Positions 22,402-37,366 of a stretch of DNA of 64,000 nt are shown piece by piece. The notes below the pieces were generated by a model. It saw only the letters and a program-made list of their open reading frames with translations. It ran no database searches and had not been told where the DNA came from. The stretch spans positions 431,051 through 495,050 of the forward strand of contig CAVRWB010000019.1 in assembly GCA_963724775.1 (NCBI GenBank). The letters run 5' to 3'. Origin of the DNA: an uncultured Acidobacteriota bacterium (GTDB lineage Bacteria; Acidobacteriota; Vicinamibacteria; Vicinamibacterales; Fen-181). The first letter of the stretch is position 1. The number at the start of each line of letters is the position of its first letter. The position numbers and the translations under genes were made by a program.

Positions 22402-22495
22402 GACAGGCGTCCCGCCTGTCGGTGCGATAGGCCGTAGGACAGGCGTCTCGCCTGTCGGTGCGATAGGCCGTAGGACAGGCGTCTCGCCTGTCGGT
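22393..22495 (+). repeat. GTAG-family REP, 3 tandem copies (36-nt period)
   Basis: GTAGGACAGGCGTCYCGCCTGTC with identical linkers; the first copy contains the glnS TAG. Confidence 0.9.
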
Positions 22496-22562
22496 CTCCG
22501 TTCGACATCGGATCGCGTGGCTCTTTCGTCTCGCCGAAATCGTCGCAGAGAAGGAGGCCGTT

Positions 22563-23045
22563 ATGTCGATTCCGTCGTCGATAGTCAGGTTCCTCGAGGG
22601 CATGCCGTACCAGGTCGTCACGCATCGCACGGCGTTCACCGCCCAGGAAGAAGCGGCGGCGTCGCACGTGCCCGGACGCGAGTGGGCCAAGACCGTCGTG
22701 TGCTTTGCCGACGAATCTCCGATCATTGCCGTGCTTCCGGCGCACTACCAGGTGGACCTCGAGCGGCTGCGCAAGCTGGCCGGGGCCGCCACGATTAGGA
22801 TGGCGATGGAGCGTGAGCTGGCTGCGCTCTATCCCGCGTGCGAGACGGGCGCCGTCCCGCCGCTGGGGCCGCTCTTCGGCCAGCGGGTCTTCGTCGATCA
22901 CGTCATCGCCGAGGACGCGGAGGTGGTGTTCCACGCGGGGACGCACGTCGACGCGGTGCGGATGCGGTACACCGACCTCTCGGCGCTGTCTACGCCGGTT
23001 GTCGGCGAGTTCGGCCGCGCGCCTGGGAAGAGGCACGAACACTAA
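22563..23045 (+). CDS. YbaK/EbsC aminoacyl-tRNA deacylase family protein
   Basis: WAKTVV, CETGAVPPLG and FHAGTH motifs; AGGAGG RBS. Confidence 0.88.
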   Translation: MSIPSSIVRFLEGMPYQVVTHRTAFTAQEEAAASHVPGREWAKTVVCFADESPIIAVLPAHYQVDLERLRKLAGAATIRMAMERELAALYPACETGAVPPLGPLFGQRVFVDHVIAEDAEVVFHAGTHVDAVRMRYTDLSALSTPVVGEFGRAPGKRHEH

Positions 23046-23049
23046 GGGC

Positions 23050-23207
23050 GTCGACGCGTCGACCATTGACCGTCGACCGTCGAGCGTCGAGCGTCGAGCG
23101 TTGAGCGCCGACCGCCGAGCGCCGAGCGCCGCCAACGTCAACGCTTGACGGTCAACGCTTGACGGTCAACGGTTGACGGTCAACGGTGAACGGTGAACGG
23201 TCAACGA
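23050..23207. repeat. Mosaic heptamer arrays (CGTCGAG, CGCCGAG, TGACGGT/TCAACGG, TGAACGG)
   Basis: 7-nt periodicity with a drifting unit across the whole intergenic gap. Confidence 0.85.
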
Positions 23208-23212
23208 ACTCT

Positions 23213-25027
23213 ATGAACGAGAAGCTGCAGGACAAGCGGGACATCGTCGCGCAGTGGTCCTTCGACACGCGGCCGATCCTGGGCCGGTTCCACATCTGGC
23301 TCGACGAGGTCGACGTCGAGTGGGTGCGAGGGGAGCCGGTGAAGGAGTTCACCCGCGAGATCTCGTTCCTCGACGGTCGCATGGAGCGGTTGTTTGCCGT
23401 GACGGCCGCCGTCACGGCGATGGGCACGCAGGTGTTCGGCCGGTTCGGCGCCGGCGCGCATCTCGACAAGGCCGGCCTGAACCAGGTCAAGAAAGACGCC
23501 GACGCGATCTCGGCGTACGCCATGAGCGAGAGCCTCTGGTATCTCTCGCGGCAGTTGCCCGAGAACCACGCCATCATGGTGTGCCTGGGCGAGGGCCTCA
23601 TGCCCAAGGCGGGCGAGACGCCCGAGATGGGGTCGAACCCGCAAATCGGGTTCGGCCGCGTCTATGCGCGGCCGGAAGTGGCGCGCTGGCTCGACCGGCG
23701 GGTGGTCCGCCTGCTGAACGACCCTGAATACGGCTGGGACGGGTTCTACGGCGAGATCAAGGGCTCCGGGATCACCGTCTGGGGCGCGGCCATCGACACG
23801 CTGGAGAACACGTCGCGATTCGCGAAGGGCGACCCGACCGGGCCGATGACGGTCCTGCACCTGTTCAATCAGCCGCTCCGCATCTCCCGGCCCTACGAGG
23901 GGTATGTCGGGATGATCATCCTGCCGCGCGAAGTCGTGGAGCGGGCGGCTGAACAGGCGGTGCTGATCAACTTCCGGACGCCGCGCGCGCTGGTCGTGCA
24001 GGCCATCGAGCGGACGTATCCCGGGATCCGGCGCGAGCACATCCACGTGTGGACGCTGGGCGGCAAGAGCCGCGCGGCTCGCATCGGCAACCTGTGGCAG
24101 GTGTGGCGGGACCACGGCGTTCATCTGGTCGAGGACGGCTGGACGTTGCCGACGGGGCTCGGCGCATTCAACGAGTCCGGGACCTATGCGCCCACCTTCA
24201 GCGTGGGCGCGTGGCGAGGCGGGAACGGCGAGCCGCACGTCTTCATCTGCGACGGGTACGCGGCCTCGGCGGAGGCCGTGCAGTCGGCCAGCCTCGCGCC
24301 GATGCTGGGCCTCGATGTGTCGATGGCGGCCTTCACGTCGCGCTTCGACCTGCCGTACGACCGCGAACAGGACGTCCTGCGGCTCGACCCGCGGTCGCCC
24401 GAGTTCAAGGCACGCCTCGAGCAATTGGCCGGCATGCCACTGGACCTGCAGACGCTCGACAACTACCGGCGGATGATTCGTGAAGCAGACGAAGCGGGCT
24501 TGCTCCCAGGGCGCCTCACCCTCTGCGCGGACGACTTCTTCCCCGAGAAGCGCTGGGAGGTGCTGGCGATCTCCGGGTACATGCGACCCGATCCGTATTC
24601 GGGCGCGCCAGGCGTCGACGAGATTGCCCCGGGGATCTACCGCGTGACCGTCCGCCTCGCCTCGGCCCGGGGCGACAAGCGGATCACGCTGACCCTTCGC
24701 CTGGCCGAGACGATGGAACAGAGCCGACTGGTGTTCAGCCCGCTCCTGAACCGGTTCCTGGCCGGCGAGCCGTTCGACACGCGGCCGGTGAAGATCTCCG
24801 ACTCGGGGCGCATCAGGAACGAGCTGCAGACGCTCTGCGCCGAGGCGCTCGAGTTCGTCAACTCCCACGATATCCGCCTGCACTTCGATCGCATCCCGCC
24901 CGAGGTCATCTCGTGCGAGAAGCAGAAGACGCTGCTGGAGGTGCTCCGCTGGTACAAGAAACGTCACCCGCTGTGGTTCTCGTGGATGGAGCTGGTGGAG
25001 AGCCGGGAGCCCGCGACGCCGGTATGA
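23213..25027 (+). CDS. Divergent GlpX-like (class II fructose-1,6-bisphosphatase fold) protein, 604 aa
   Basis: KKDADAISAYAM, VCLGEG and AIDTLENT..AKG match GlpX motifs in order, with large insertions. Confidence 0.6.
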   Translation: MNEKLQDKRDIVAQWSFDTRPILGRFHIWLDEVDVEWVRGEPVKEFTREISFLDGRMERLFAVTAAVTAMGTQVFGRFGAGAHLDKAGLNQVKKDADAISAYAMSESLWYLSRQLPENHAIMVCLGEGLMPKAGETPEMGSNPQIGFGRVYARPEVARWLDRRVVRLLNDPEYGWDGFYGEIKGSGITVWGAAIDTLENTSRFAKGDPTGPMTVLHLFNQPLRISRPYEGYVGMIILPREVVERAAEQAVLINFRTPRALVVQAIERTYPGIRREHIHVWTLGGKSRAARIGNLWQVWRDHGVHLVEDGWTLPTGLGAFNESGTYAPTFSVGAWRGGNGEPHVFICDGYAASAEAVQSASLAPMLGLDVSMAAFTSRFDLPYDREQDVLRLDPRSPEFKARLEQLAGMPLDLQTLDNYRRMIREADEAGLLPGRLTLCADDFFPEKRWEVLAISGYMRPDPYSGAPGVDEIAPGIYRVTVRLASARGDKRITLTLRLAETMEQSRLVFSPLLNRFLAGEPFDTRPVKISDSGRIRNELQTLCAEALEFVNSHDIRLHFDRIPPEVISCEKQKTLLEVLRWYKKRHPLWFSWMELVESREPATPV

Positions 25028-26058
25028 CGATGACGGCGCGCGCGGTGGCGGACCTCGTCGGCGGGCAGCTGCACGGCGACCCGGGTGTCGAGGTGACGGG
25101 GATCGCCGCGCCTGCCAGCGCGACGGCCGGCAGCGTCGTCTTCGTTGACGACCCGAAGCGGCTCCCGGAGGCGCTCGCGTCCGAGGCGGGAGTCATCATC
25201 GCCGGCCGCTTCGCCGAAGCGGTCAGTGCAGGACAGTCGTCCCGCCTGTCGGAACCCGCATCCCGCCGGCCGGGGAGGGCCCTGGTCACCTGCGACCACC
25301 CGCGCCTCGCGTTCGCGCGCGTGGGCCGCCAGCTCACGGCGCCCCTGCCACCCGCGGCCGGAGTGGACGCGACCGCGGTGGTGCACCCCTCCGCGCGGCT
25401 CGGCGCCGCCACGTCGATTGGGCCGCGGGCGGTCCTCGAGGCGGATGTCGTCCTCGGCGACCGCGTGGTCATCGGGCCCGGCACTCACGTGGGCCACGGC
25501 GTGCGCATCGGCCCGGACTCGGTCCTCCGCTCCAACGTGGTGGTCTATCCCGGCACCCGGATTGGCTCGCGGGTGATTGTCCATGCCGGCACGGTCCTCG
25601 GCAGCGACGGGTTCGGCTACGTCCGCGACGAGTCGACGGGCACGTACGAGGCGTTCCCGCAGGTCGGGCAGCTGGTGATCGAGGACGACGTCGAGCTGGG
25701 AGCGTTGTGCACGGTGGACCGCGGCGCGCTGGGCGAGACGCGGATTGGCGCGGGCACCAAGCTGGACAACCAGGTGCACCTCGCGCACAACGTCCGCGTC
25801 GGCCGCAACGTTGTCATCGCGGCGCAGACGGGCGTTGCCGGCAGCTCGGTGATCGAGGACAACGTCGTCGTCGCCGGCCAGGTGGGCATCGCGGACCACG
25901 TCCGCATCGAGAGCGGCGCGATCCTCGGCGCGCAGTGCGGGGTGCCGACGGGCAAGGTGATTCGCGGGCCGGGGATGCTCTTCTGGGGCACGCCGGCGCG
26001 GCCAATCCGGCAGTACCTCAAGGAACTGGCCGCGCTGGCGAGGCTCGTCAAGAAGTAG
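25024..26058 (+). CDS. lpxD: UDP-3-O-acylglucosamine N-acyltransferase
   Basis: Hexapeptide repeats; GSDGFGY, DRGALGET and KLDNQVHLAHN motifs; ATGA overlap with the upstream gene. Confidence 0.93.
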   Translation: MTMTARAVADLVGGQLHGDPGVEVTGIAAPASATAGSVVFVDDPKRLPEALASEAGVIIAGRFAEAVSAGQSSRLSEPASRRPGRALVTCDHPRLAFARVGRQLTAPLPPAAGVDATAVVHPSARLGAATSIGPRAVLEADVVLGDRVVIGPGTHVGHGVRIGPDSVLRSNVVVYPGTRIGSRVIVHAGTVLGSDGFGYVRDESTGTYEAFPQVGQLVIEDDVELGALCTVDRGALGETRIGAGTKLDNQVHLAHNVRVGRNVVIAAQTGVAGSSVIEDNVVVAGQVGIADHVRIESGAILGAQCGVPTGKVIRGPGMLFWGTPARPIRQYLKELAALARLVKK

Positions 26059-26138
26059 GCAGTAGGCAGTAGGCAGTAACAAGACCGTCGCTAGAGCCAG
26101 GCACTTTAACTGCCTACAGCCTACTGCCTACTGCCTAC
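26055..26138. repeat. Inverted heptamer arrays (GTAGGCA)n ... (TGCCTAC)n
   Basis: Directly visible; the first unit supplies the lpxD TAG. Confidence 0.9.
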
Positions 26139-26152
26139 GTTCGGGTTGCCTG

Positions 26153-26902
26153 ATGCCTTCCTTCGACCTCATCGCCTTCGACGGCGACGACACCCTCTGG
26201 CACAACGAGCGGAGCTACCGTTCCGGGCGCGAGCGCTTTCGCCAGGTCCTCGCCTCCGCCGGCGTCGTCTGCGCCGAGGACGAGATCGAGGAGCGTGTCA
26301 ACGCGACCGAGATCCGGAACATCCACTATTACGGCTACGGCGTCAGCAGCTTCGTCCTGTCGCTCATCGAGACGGCGATCGACCTGACCGACGGCCGAAT
26401 CTCCGGGGCCGACGTGCGCGAGCTGATTGCGCTCGCCAAGGACATGCTCACCGAGGAGGTAGAGCTGTTTCCGGGCGCGCGAAGGGCCGTGACGTCCCTC
26501 TCCGCGTCCTACGCCCTCGCGCTCATCACCAAGGGCGATCTCCTCCACCAGACGTCAAAGGTCGATCGGTCGGGGCTGCGGCCGTCGTTTCGCGCCATCG
26601 AGGTGGTGAGCCACAAGACGCGCGAGGCGTACGAGGAGATCCTCGGGCGCCATGGCGTCGCGGCGTCCCGTTTCCTGATGATCGGCAACTCGCCGCGATC
26701 CGATATCCTGCCGGTTCTCGAAGCCGGCGGGTGGGCGGTCTACGTCCCCGCCGAGCTCAGCTGGGCGCACGAGCACGCCGACGTGCCGGAGAGCGCGCAG
26801 GGGCGTTTCTTCGAGATCGCGAGCCTGGAGGAATTGCCACAACTGGTGGAGACGATCGCGAAGGAACCGGGAGTCGGGATTCAGGATCCAGGGCAGCCCT
26901 GA
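26153..26902 (+). CDS. HAD family hydrolase
   Basis: FDGDDTLW, ITKGD and MIGNSPRSDI motifs. Confidence 0.9.
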   Translation: MPSFDLIAFDGDDTLWHNERSYRSGRERFRQVLASAGVVCAEDEIEERVNATEIRNIHYYGYGVSSFVLSLIETAIDLTDGRISGADVRELIALAKDMLTEEVELFPGARRAVTSLSASYALALITKGDLLHQTSKVDRSGLRPSFRAIEVVSHKTREAYEEILGRHGVAASRFLMIGNSPRSDILPVLEAGGWAVYVPAELSWAHEHADVPESAQGRFFEIASLEELPQLVETIAKEPGVGIQDPGQP

Positions 26903-26930
26903 TTCCCGAATCCTGACTCCTGAAACCCTG
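26863..26930. repeat. Inverted heptamer arrays (GGGAGTC/GGGATTC ... GAATCCT/GACTCCT)
   Basis: Hairpin-capable; overlaps the HAD gene 3' end between convergent genes. Confidence 0.7.
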
Positions 26931-26935
26931 GCAGT

Positions 26936-30013
<3,078 letters not shown>

Positions 30014-30171
30014 CCCTCGACCTCCTGGAAACCGCCCGAGCGGCAGCAGAGACGTCCGAATGGACCCGCGCGAAATCGCTTGGTACGGAGACTTATAGGC
30101 TACGACGGGCCGGGCGTCGGCCGCAACGAGATGCGGCGCGGCCACGAATGCTGTTTGCGGACCAGTTGGAT

Positions 30172-30462
30172 CTAGAACCAAGCCCAGCCGCGCGTCGCGT
30201 AATCGCTCAACAACAGCACGAACATGATCCCGAGCCAGAAGATCGCCGAGGCGCCGATGATCATCGTCAGGCGCGAGTTCCACCGCATGTGCATGAAGAA
30301 GAGGACCACGAGCGACGCCTTCAGCACCGCGATGCTGAGCGCGACGATCGGGTTGGCGAGCCCCAGGTCGAAGAAGGCGACGGTGGTCGTGAGCCCCGTG
30401 AGGACCATCAAGGCCACGAAGATCGTCGCATAGGTGGTGCGGGAGACGATCACTTCAGACAT
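30172..30462 (-). CDS. ctaF: Cytochrome c oxidase subunit IV
   Basis: KASLVVLFFMH motif; three TM helices; last gene of the operon. Confidence 0.85.
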   Translation of the reverse strand: MSEVIVSRTTYATIFVALMVLTGLTTTVAFFDLGLANPIVALSIAVLKASLVVLFFMHMRWNSRLTMIIGASAIFWLGIMFVLLLSDYATRGWAWF

Positions 30463-30469
30463 AGCAGTC

Positions 30470-30605
30470 AAATTTGTCCGATTTGTCGATTTCACGATTG
30501 ATCGATTTCGCTGCCCGGTTGCGCGGCGGCTCGACGTCGGGCGGAAAGCGTCACCCGATCGTCAAATCGCCAAATCATCAAATCGCCAAATCGTCAATTC
30601 GTCAA
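30470..30605. repeat. Inverted 8-mer arrays (CGATTTGT..)n ... (AAATCGCC)n
   Basis: Two arms around a GC-rich spacer between subunit III and IV genes. Confidence 0.8.
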
Positions 30606-30615
30606 GTCCTCCGTC

Positions 30616-31305
30616 CTACTTGTGCCTGTCCACCAGGTACAGCAGCGGGAACAGGAAGATCCAGATGATGTCCACGAAGTGCCAGTACAGCCCGGTGATC
30701 TCGACCGGCGTGTGCCAGCGCGACGAGAAGGCGCCGCGCCAGGTCATGTAGAGGATGACGCTCAGGATGCCGAAGCCGATGATCATGTGCAGCGCGTGCA
30801 GGCCGGTCATCGCGAAGTAGAGCGAGAAGAACAGCTGCGCGCGCTCGGGGGCCTGGCCCTCGAAGTGGAAGCCCGGGCCCGGGACGTGGTGCTCCACGAA
30901 CTTCGAGTAATACTCGACGCCCTTGATCCCCAGGAACACCGCGCCGAGCACCATCGTCAGCACGAGGAAGATCATCGTGCCGCGCCGCTCGTCGGTGGCG
31001 GCCGCGTGCACGGCCAGCGCCATGGTGAGACTGCTGGTGATCAGCACCATCGTGTTGACCGTGCCGAGGGTGATGTCCAGCGTGCGGCTGGCCTCGCCGA
31101 ACGTGCCCGGGTACCAGACCCGGTACAGCATGTAGGCGGCGAAGAGCCCGCCGAAGAACAGCACCTCCGTCGCCAGGAACAGCCACATCCCCAGCGTCGC
31201 CGCCTCGTGCTGCTGCCCCATGTCGTCGAAGTGGTGCTTCAGCTCGGGCTCGTGCACGGTTGCCGTCTTGGTGTCCTCCACGGAATCTCCAGTCGAGTCC
31301 TTCAT
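30616..31305 (-). CDS. ctaE: Cytochrome c oxidase subunit III
   Basis: GMWLFLATE, TGLHALHM and GLYWHFVDIIW motifs. Confidence 0.93.
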   Translation of the reverse strand: MKDSTGDSVEDTKTATVHEPELKHHFDDMGQQHEAATLGMWLFLATEVLFFGGLFAAYMLYRVWYPGTFGEASRTLDITLGTVNTMVLITSSLTMALAVHAAATDERRGTMIFLVLTMVLGAVFLGIKGVEYYSKFVEHHVPGPGFHFEGQAPERAQLFFSLYFAMTGLHALHMIIGFGILSVILYMTWRGAFSSRWHTPVEITGLYWHFVDIIWIFLFPLLYLVDRHK

Positions 31306-31337
31306 CGGCTCTCGTCGATCTCAACAGGCGCAGGCGT

Positions 31338-32972
<1,635 letters not shown>

Positions 32973-32976
32973 GTTT

Positions 32977-34020
32977 CTACTTCTTCGGTGTCGGTTGCTG
33001 CGGTGGCTGCCTCGGCGGGACCGGCGCGCCCGTGGAGGAGGTGGCCTCGCCGGCTGCCGGGCCCGAGTGCGGCGTGGCCGGCTGCTGAATGGGCCGGCCC
33101 TTCAGCGACTTGATGTACTCGACGAGCGCCATCAGCTGTTCCTCGCTCACCAGGCCCTGGAACGTCGGCATGATCGGCTGGAATCCGACCGTCACCTTCG
33201 CGGACGGCGAGAGAATCGACTCGCGGATGTACGCTTCGTCAGCCGTCGCGACCTGGCCGCCATTCAGCTCGACGTTGCTGCCGAACAGCCCCTCGAGGTT
33301 CGGCCCCCGGCCCTGCACGTCCGACCGGTGGCAGGTGATGCACGCGAAGTCCTGGAACAGCTTCTGTCCCTGGGACGCGAGCGAGCCTTCCGACGCGCCG
33401 CCCGAGAGCCACGCCTGGTACTCGGTCGGCTCCATCACGACGATCGTGCCGATCATCCCCGAGTGCTGCGTGCCGCAGTACTCCGCGCAGAACAGGTGGT
33501 AACGGCCCGGCGTGGTCGCATTGAACCACAGCGTCGTGTAGCGGCCGGGCATGACGTCGGCTTTCAGGCGGAATGCCGGGACGAAGAGCGAATGGATGAC
33601 GTCCTCGGACGTGCCCGTCAGGCGCACCGCCCGGTCGGCCGGCACGTGCAGCTCGTTGATTTCCCGCTGGCCGTCGAGGTGCTGGAACTTCCACATCCAC
33701 TGCTTGCCGGTCACGTAGATGTCGAGGGTTTCGGCCGGCGGCTGCGCCTGCGCGAAGTACACGTTCGCGCCCCACGCGAACATCACCAGGCCGAGGCCGA
33801 GCGGGATGATGGTCCAGGCGATCTCCAGCGACAGCGCGGGGATGACCTTGGCGCCGACGTCACCGTGCGCCCGCCGGCGGTAGCGGACGCCGAACACCAC
33901 GATGAGCGTGGCGATCAGGATCACGAAGAAGGCGCTCACCGCCAGCAGGAAGAAATAGAGCGCGTCCACCTTGGCGGCCATGGTGGATGCCTGGGTCGGG
34001 AACAGCGGTAACCACGACAT
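32977..34020 (-). CDS. ctaC: Cytochrome c oxidase subunit II with fused cytochrome c (caa3)
   Basis: [17 protein letters not shown] CuA site and CITCH heme motif. Confidence 0.95.
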   Translation of the reverse strand: MSWLPLFPTQASTMAAKVDALYFFLLAVSAFFVILIATLIVVFGVRYRRRAHGDVGAKVIPALSLEIAWTIIPLGLGLVMFAWGANVYFAQAQPPAETLDIYVTGKQWMWKFQHLDGQREINELHVPADRAVRLTGTSEDVIHSLFVPAFRLKADVMPGRYTTLWFNATTPGRYHLFCAEYCGTQHSGMIGTIVVMEPTEYQAWLSGGASEGSLASQGQKLFQDFACITCHRSDVQGRGPNLEGLFGSNVELNGGQVATADEAYIRESILSPSAKVTVGFQPIMPTFQGLVSEEQLMALVEYIKSLKGRPIQQPATPHSGPAAGEATSSTGAPVPPRQPPQQPTPKK

Positions 34021-34023
34021 AGA

Positions 34024-34921
34024 TCAGTTCTTCGCCTGCTTGTCGAAGTGGGCCGGCCCGCCCGGGACGGTCCGCGCGGCACGCTTCTCGCGCCGCCGCA
34101 GGATGAGGATGAATCCGCCGATGCAGACCACCGTGACGACGCCGGCGAGACGCAGCACCCGCATCAGCACCAGCCCGTACTTCCCGGTCGCCGGGTCGTA
34201 GTGGTAGCAGTAGAGCAGGAGACGATCGACGGGGGTGCCCACTCTTGTGATCCGACGCCTCGACCAGGGCCAGGCGCAGGTCGCGCGGCCCATAGTCGAT
34301 CCCGTAGACGTACTTCGACGTCTTGCCCTCGGGCGTCAGCACGATCATCCCCGTTGGGTGCGCGTACTGCTTGGTCACTTCGTCGTACACGTAGTGGAAC
34401 CCGACGGTCTCGGTCAGCAGCCGGATGGACGCCTCCTCGCCCGTCAGGAAGTGCCAGCCGTCCGCCGCGCCAGGCTTCTTGAGCAGCTGCAGGTAGTGGT
34501 CCTTCTTTTCGGCCGCCTGCGCGGGCGTCTCCTTCGGGTTGAAGCTCACCGTGACGATGTTGTAGTCGCGGCCGGGCTCGAGCGCGAGGACCTTCAGCGC
34601 CCTCACGAGGCCGTTGAGCGCCTGCGTGCACAGCATCGGGCACTCGTAGTAGACGAGCGCCAGCACCACCGGGCGCCCGTTGAAGTACTGGGACAGCTGC
34701 ACGGCGCGGCCGGTCTCGTCACGGAACGGCAGGTCCAGCGGAACCTGGACGCCGAGGTTCTGCTCGAACTGCACCTTCTTCAGTTCCGCCGGCGTGATGC
34801 CGCCCGGCATCCCGCCCTTGGTCATCATCCCGGACTTCGGCACGCCGTTGTACTGCGCGCCAAGCGGCGCGACGAGCACCCCGCACACAATCGCGATGAG
34901 AGCGTAGTTCCGGTATTTCAT
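34024..34921 (-). CDS. SCO family copper chaperone; frameshift near 34245
   Basis: YYECPMLC and YAHP motifs; C-terminus LLYCYHYDP in an alternate frame. Confidence 0.88.
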
Positions 34922-34940
34922 GACCCTTTACCAAACGGTA

Positions 34941-35082
34941 TTGACGACTGGCGAGTGACGACTGGCGAATGACGATTGGAACACAATCGCCACTCGCCAA
35001 TCAGCAGTCGTCAATCGTCAATTCCTTGCCCCTAGCCCGAGCCCCTAGAGCCCCTAGCCCCCAGCCCCCTAGCCCCTAGCAC
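34941..35082. repeat. Inverted heptamer arrays (GACGACT/GGCGART ... AATCGYC) followed by a (CCCTAGC)-type array
   Basis: Directly visible between actG and the SCO gene; the second array overlaps the actG 3' end. Confidence 0.8.
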
Positions 35083-35559
35083 CTCTCTCTCGTACACGAC
35101 TCCCGTCCGCCCCGAGCTCGACCTCTCCGGCATACCGGGGGACGTGCCCGCAGGCGTCCCCTGCCTGGCCGGGAGCCCCTGCTGCAGCAGCAGTTCCATC
35201 GCGCGATCGATCGGGATGTGGACATCGCCGCGCGCGGCGTCCACCCACCCGTACGAGTCCAGGCGGCGCTGCTCCTCCGCGCGGAGGTTCTTGAGGTCCT
35301 CGCGCGGCTGCGTCTGCAGCCGCGGCATGGGCGGCAGCGGCGGCGCACCCACCTTCGCCATGGGGTACTCCCTGGGGTACGCCTTGTCCTGGAGGCTCCC
35401 GTAGAAGACGTACAGCACCCAGATGACGAAATGGACCAGGATCGCCCCGACGACGAGCGACACCCCGAAGACGACCACCACGCGGGTGGAGATGTCTCGC
35501 GTCTCGTGCGCGGCCCCCGGCGCCGGCGGATCGTCGTGCGTCTCAGCGTGCTCTCTCAT
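35032..35559 (-). CDS. actG: Alternative complex III subunit G-like membrane protein
   Basis: Single TM; PRLQ..P and YGWVD..G.VHIPIDRAM motifs; lies between actF and SCO. Confidence 0.7.
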   Translation of the reverse strand: MREHAETHDDPPAPGAAHETRDISTRVVVVFGVSLVVGAILVHFVIWVLYVFYGSLQDKAYPREYPMAKVGAPPLPPMPRLQTQPREDLKNLRAEEQRRLDSYGWVDAARGDVHIPIDRAMELLLQQGLPARQGTPAGTSPGMPERSSSGRTGVVYEREVLGARGLGARGSRGSG

Positions 35560-36733
35560 CTAGTGCTCCCGCGCCAGCGCCGGCTCGAGCTCGGGGTCGT
35601 TCGGCGCGAGCAGCGGCCGCCGCTCCAGCCGCCAGGCGAACAGCGTCAGCCAGATGCCGCCCAGCGCCGCAACCGCGGCGATGTCCAACCAGTGCAGCTG
35701 CAGCCGGTCCTTGTAGAAGACCGGCGCGATCATGAAGAAGACGTCGATGAGACGCGCCACCAGCAGGCCGACGGCGATGAGCGCGAGGCGCTGGAGCTGC
35801 CGCTTGTTCTGACGTCCGAGGAGAACGAGGAACGGGACGGAAGAAGTAGAAGGCCGCGAGCGCCATGGCGATCACGCTCCACCCCCCGCTGATCCGGTGC
35901 AGGTACCAGGTAATCTCCTCCGGCAGGTTGCCCGACCAGATGATCAGCAACTGGGAGAAGGCCAGGTACGCCCAGATCATGACGAACGCGAGCAGGAGGT
36001 TGCCCACGTCGTTCAGGATGGTCGGCGCCAGCACCGGCCCGAAGTCCTCGCGGACCGACAGCCGCGAAGCGAACACCACCACGATCGCGAGCGCGCCCAG
36101 TCCCTGCCCGGCGATGAACAGCATGCCGAAGATCGTCGAGAACCAGTGAGGCTGCAGCGACATCACCCAGTCGAACGCGGCGAAGGTCATCGTGAAGGCG
36201 TACAGGACGATCCCGGCGCCGCTCAACTTGCGGAGCTTGACGACGAGCGCCGGGTCGCCGGTACGGTCCTGCTCTCCCGACCAGCGATCGAGGAAGTGGC
36301 CGAGCGCGAGCCAGGCGGCGAAGTAGACGACCGCCCGCACGAGGAAGAAGGGGATGTTGAGGTACGCGACCTTCTTGCTCAACACCGGGTCGGCCATGAC
36401 CGCCTCGGTGTGCGTCCACTCGTAGAGGTCGTGAAGGCCGAAGACGAGCGGGAGGAAGAGCACGGCCATGTAGGGCAGCGTGCCGGCGCCCGCCTCCAGC
36501 AGGCGCCGGATCGCAATCCCCCACCCGCCGCCGGTGAGGTGATAGACCATCACGACGCCCAGGCACCCGAGCCCGAGGCCGAGCCAGTACACGTAGGCGA
36601 CCAGGTAGGCGTGGAAGAACCGGCCGGGATCGAGGAACGCTCCCAGCAGGGTCAGCAACGAGCCGACAACGCCCACCACCAGCGCCCCGCGGCGCAACGA
36701 CCCGAGTTCCGGAAGCGAGAGAGCAGGATTCAT
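35560..36733 (-). CDS. actF: Alternative complex III subunit F; frameshift near 35840
   Basis: LTGGGWG, DWVMSLQPHWFSTIFG and WAYLAFSQLLIIWSGNLPEE motifs. Confidence 0.9.
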
Positions 36734-36778
36734 GAGAGCCGATCGCTCATCGAAAAGCTCAGTTCAACGCGGTTTCGT

Positions 36779-37366
36779 CTACTTTCTGCCACCCGTTCCA
36801 GGCGCCAGCTTCTCGCGCTCCTCCGGCGGCACCTCCATGAGCGTCGCGTGCTCGCTCAACTGCAGCGCGCGGATGTACGCGGTGATCGCCCAGCGGTCGC
36901 GAACCGGTACCTGCGCGCGGTAGTCCGGCATCGCCCCGAACCCGTTCGTGATCACGTCGACGTAGTGGCCCACGGGCGCCTGCCGCAAGCGGTCGATGTG
37001 GAACGACGGCGGCTGCCGGTACCCGCGCCGGACGATCATCCCGTTCCCCCGCCCCGTGCGGTCGTGGCAGGGCGCGCAGAAGATGTCATAGCGCTCGCGT
37101 CCCCGTGCCAGCACGCCGGCGGTCACCTGGAACGGGAACTCGGTGGCGTCCTGGCCGTTCGCCTTGCCCGTTTCGAGCAGGTCGTCGTCTCGCAGGAGGC
37201 CCCGCGCCACCGTCCCGTCGACGATCGGCCGCGCCGATCGCTCGTCCGTGTAGAAGTCGCTGCCGCGCAGCGGGATGAACTTCGGCTGATCGTGCATGTC
37301 CTGGCGGCAGCCCCCCAGGATGATGCTGCACACGCCCGCCGCGAGCACAAGTTGACTACGCCTCAA
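36779..37366 (-). CDS. actE: Alternative complex III subunit E (monoheme cytochrome c lipoprotein)
   Basis: Lipobox GGC-RQDMHDQPK; CAPCH; DRWAITAYIRALQ. Confidence 0.9.
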   Translation of the reverse strand: MRRSQLVLAAGVCSIILGGCRQDMHDQPKFIPLRGSDFYTDERSARPIVDGTVARGLLRDDDLLETGKANGQDATEFPFQVTAGVLARGRERYDIFCAPCHDRTGRGNGMIVRRGYRQPPSFHIDRLRQAPVGHYVDVITNGFGAMPDYRAQVPVRDRWAITAYIRALQLSEHATLMEVPPEEREKLAPGTGGRK

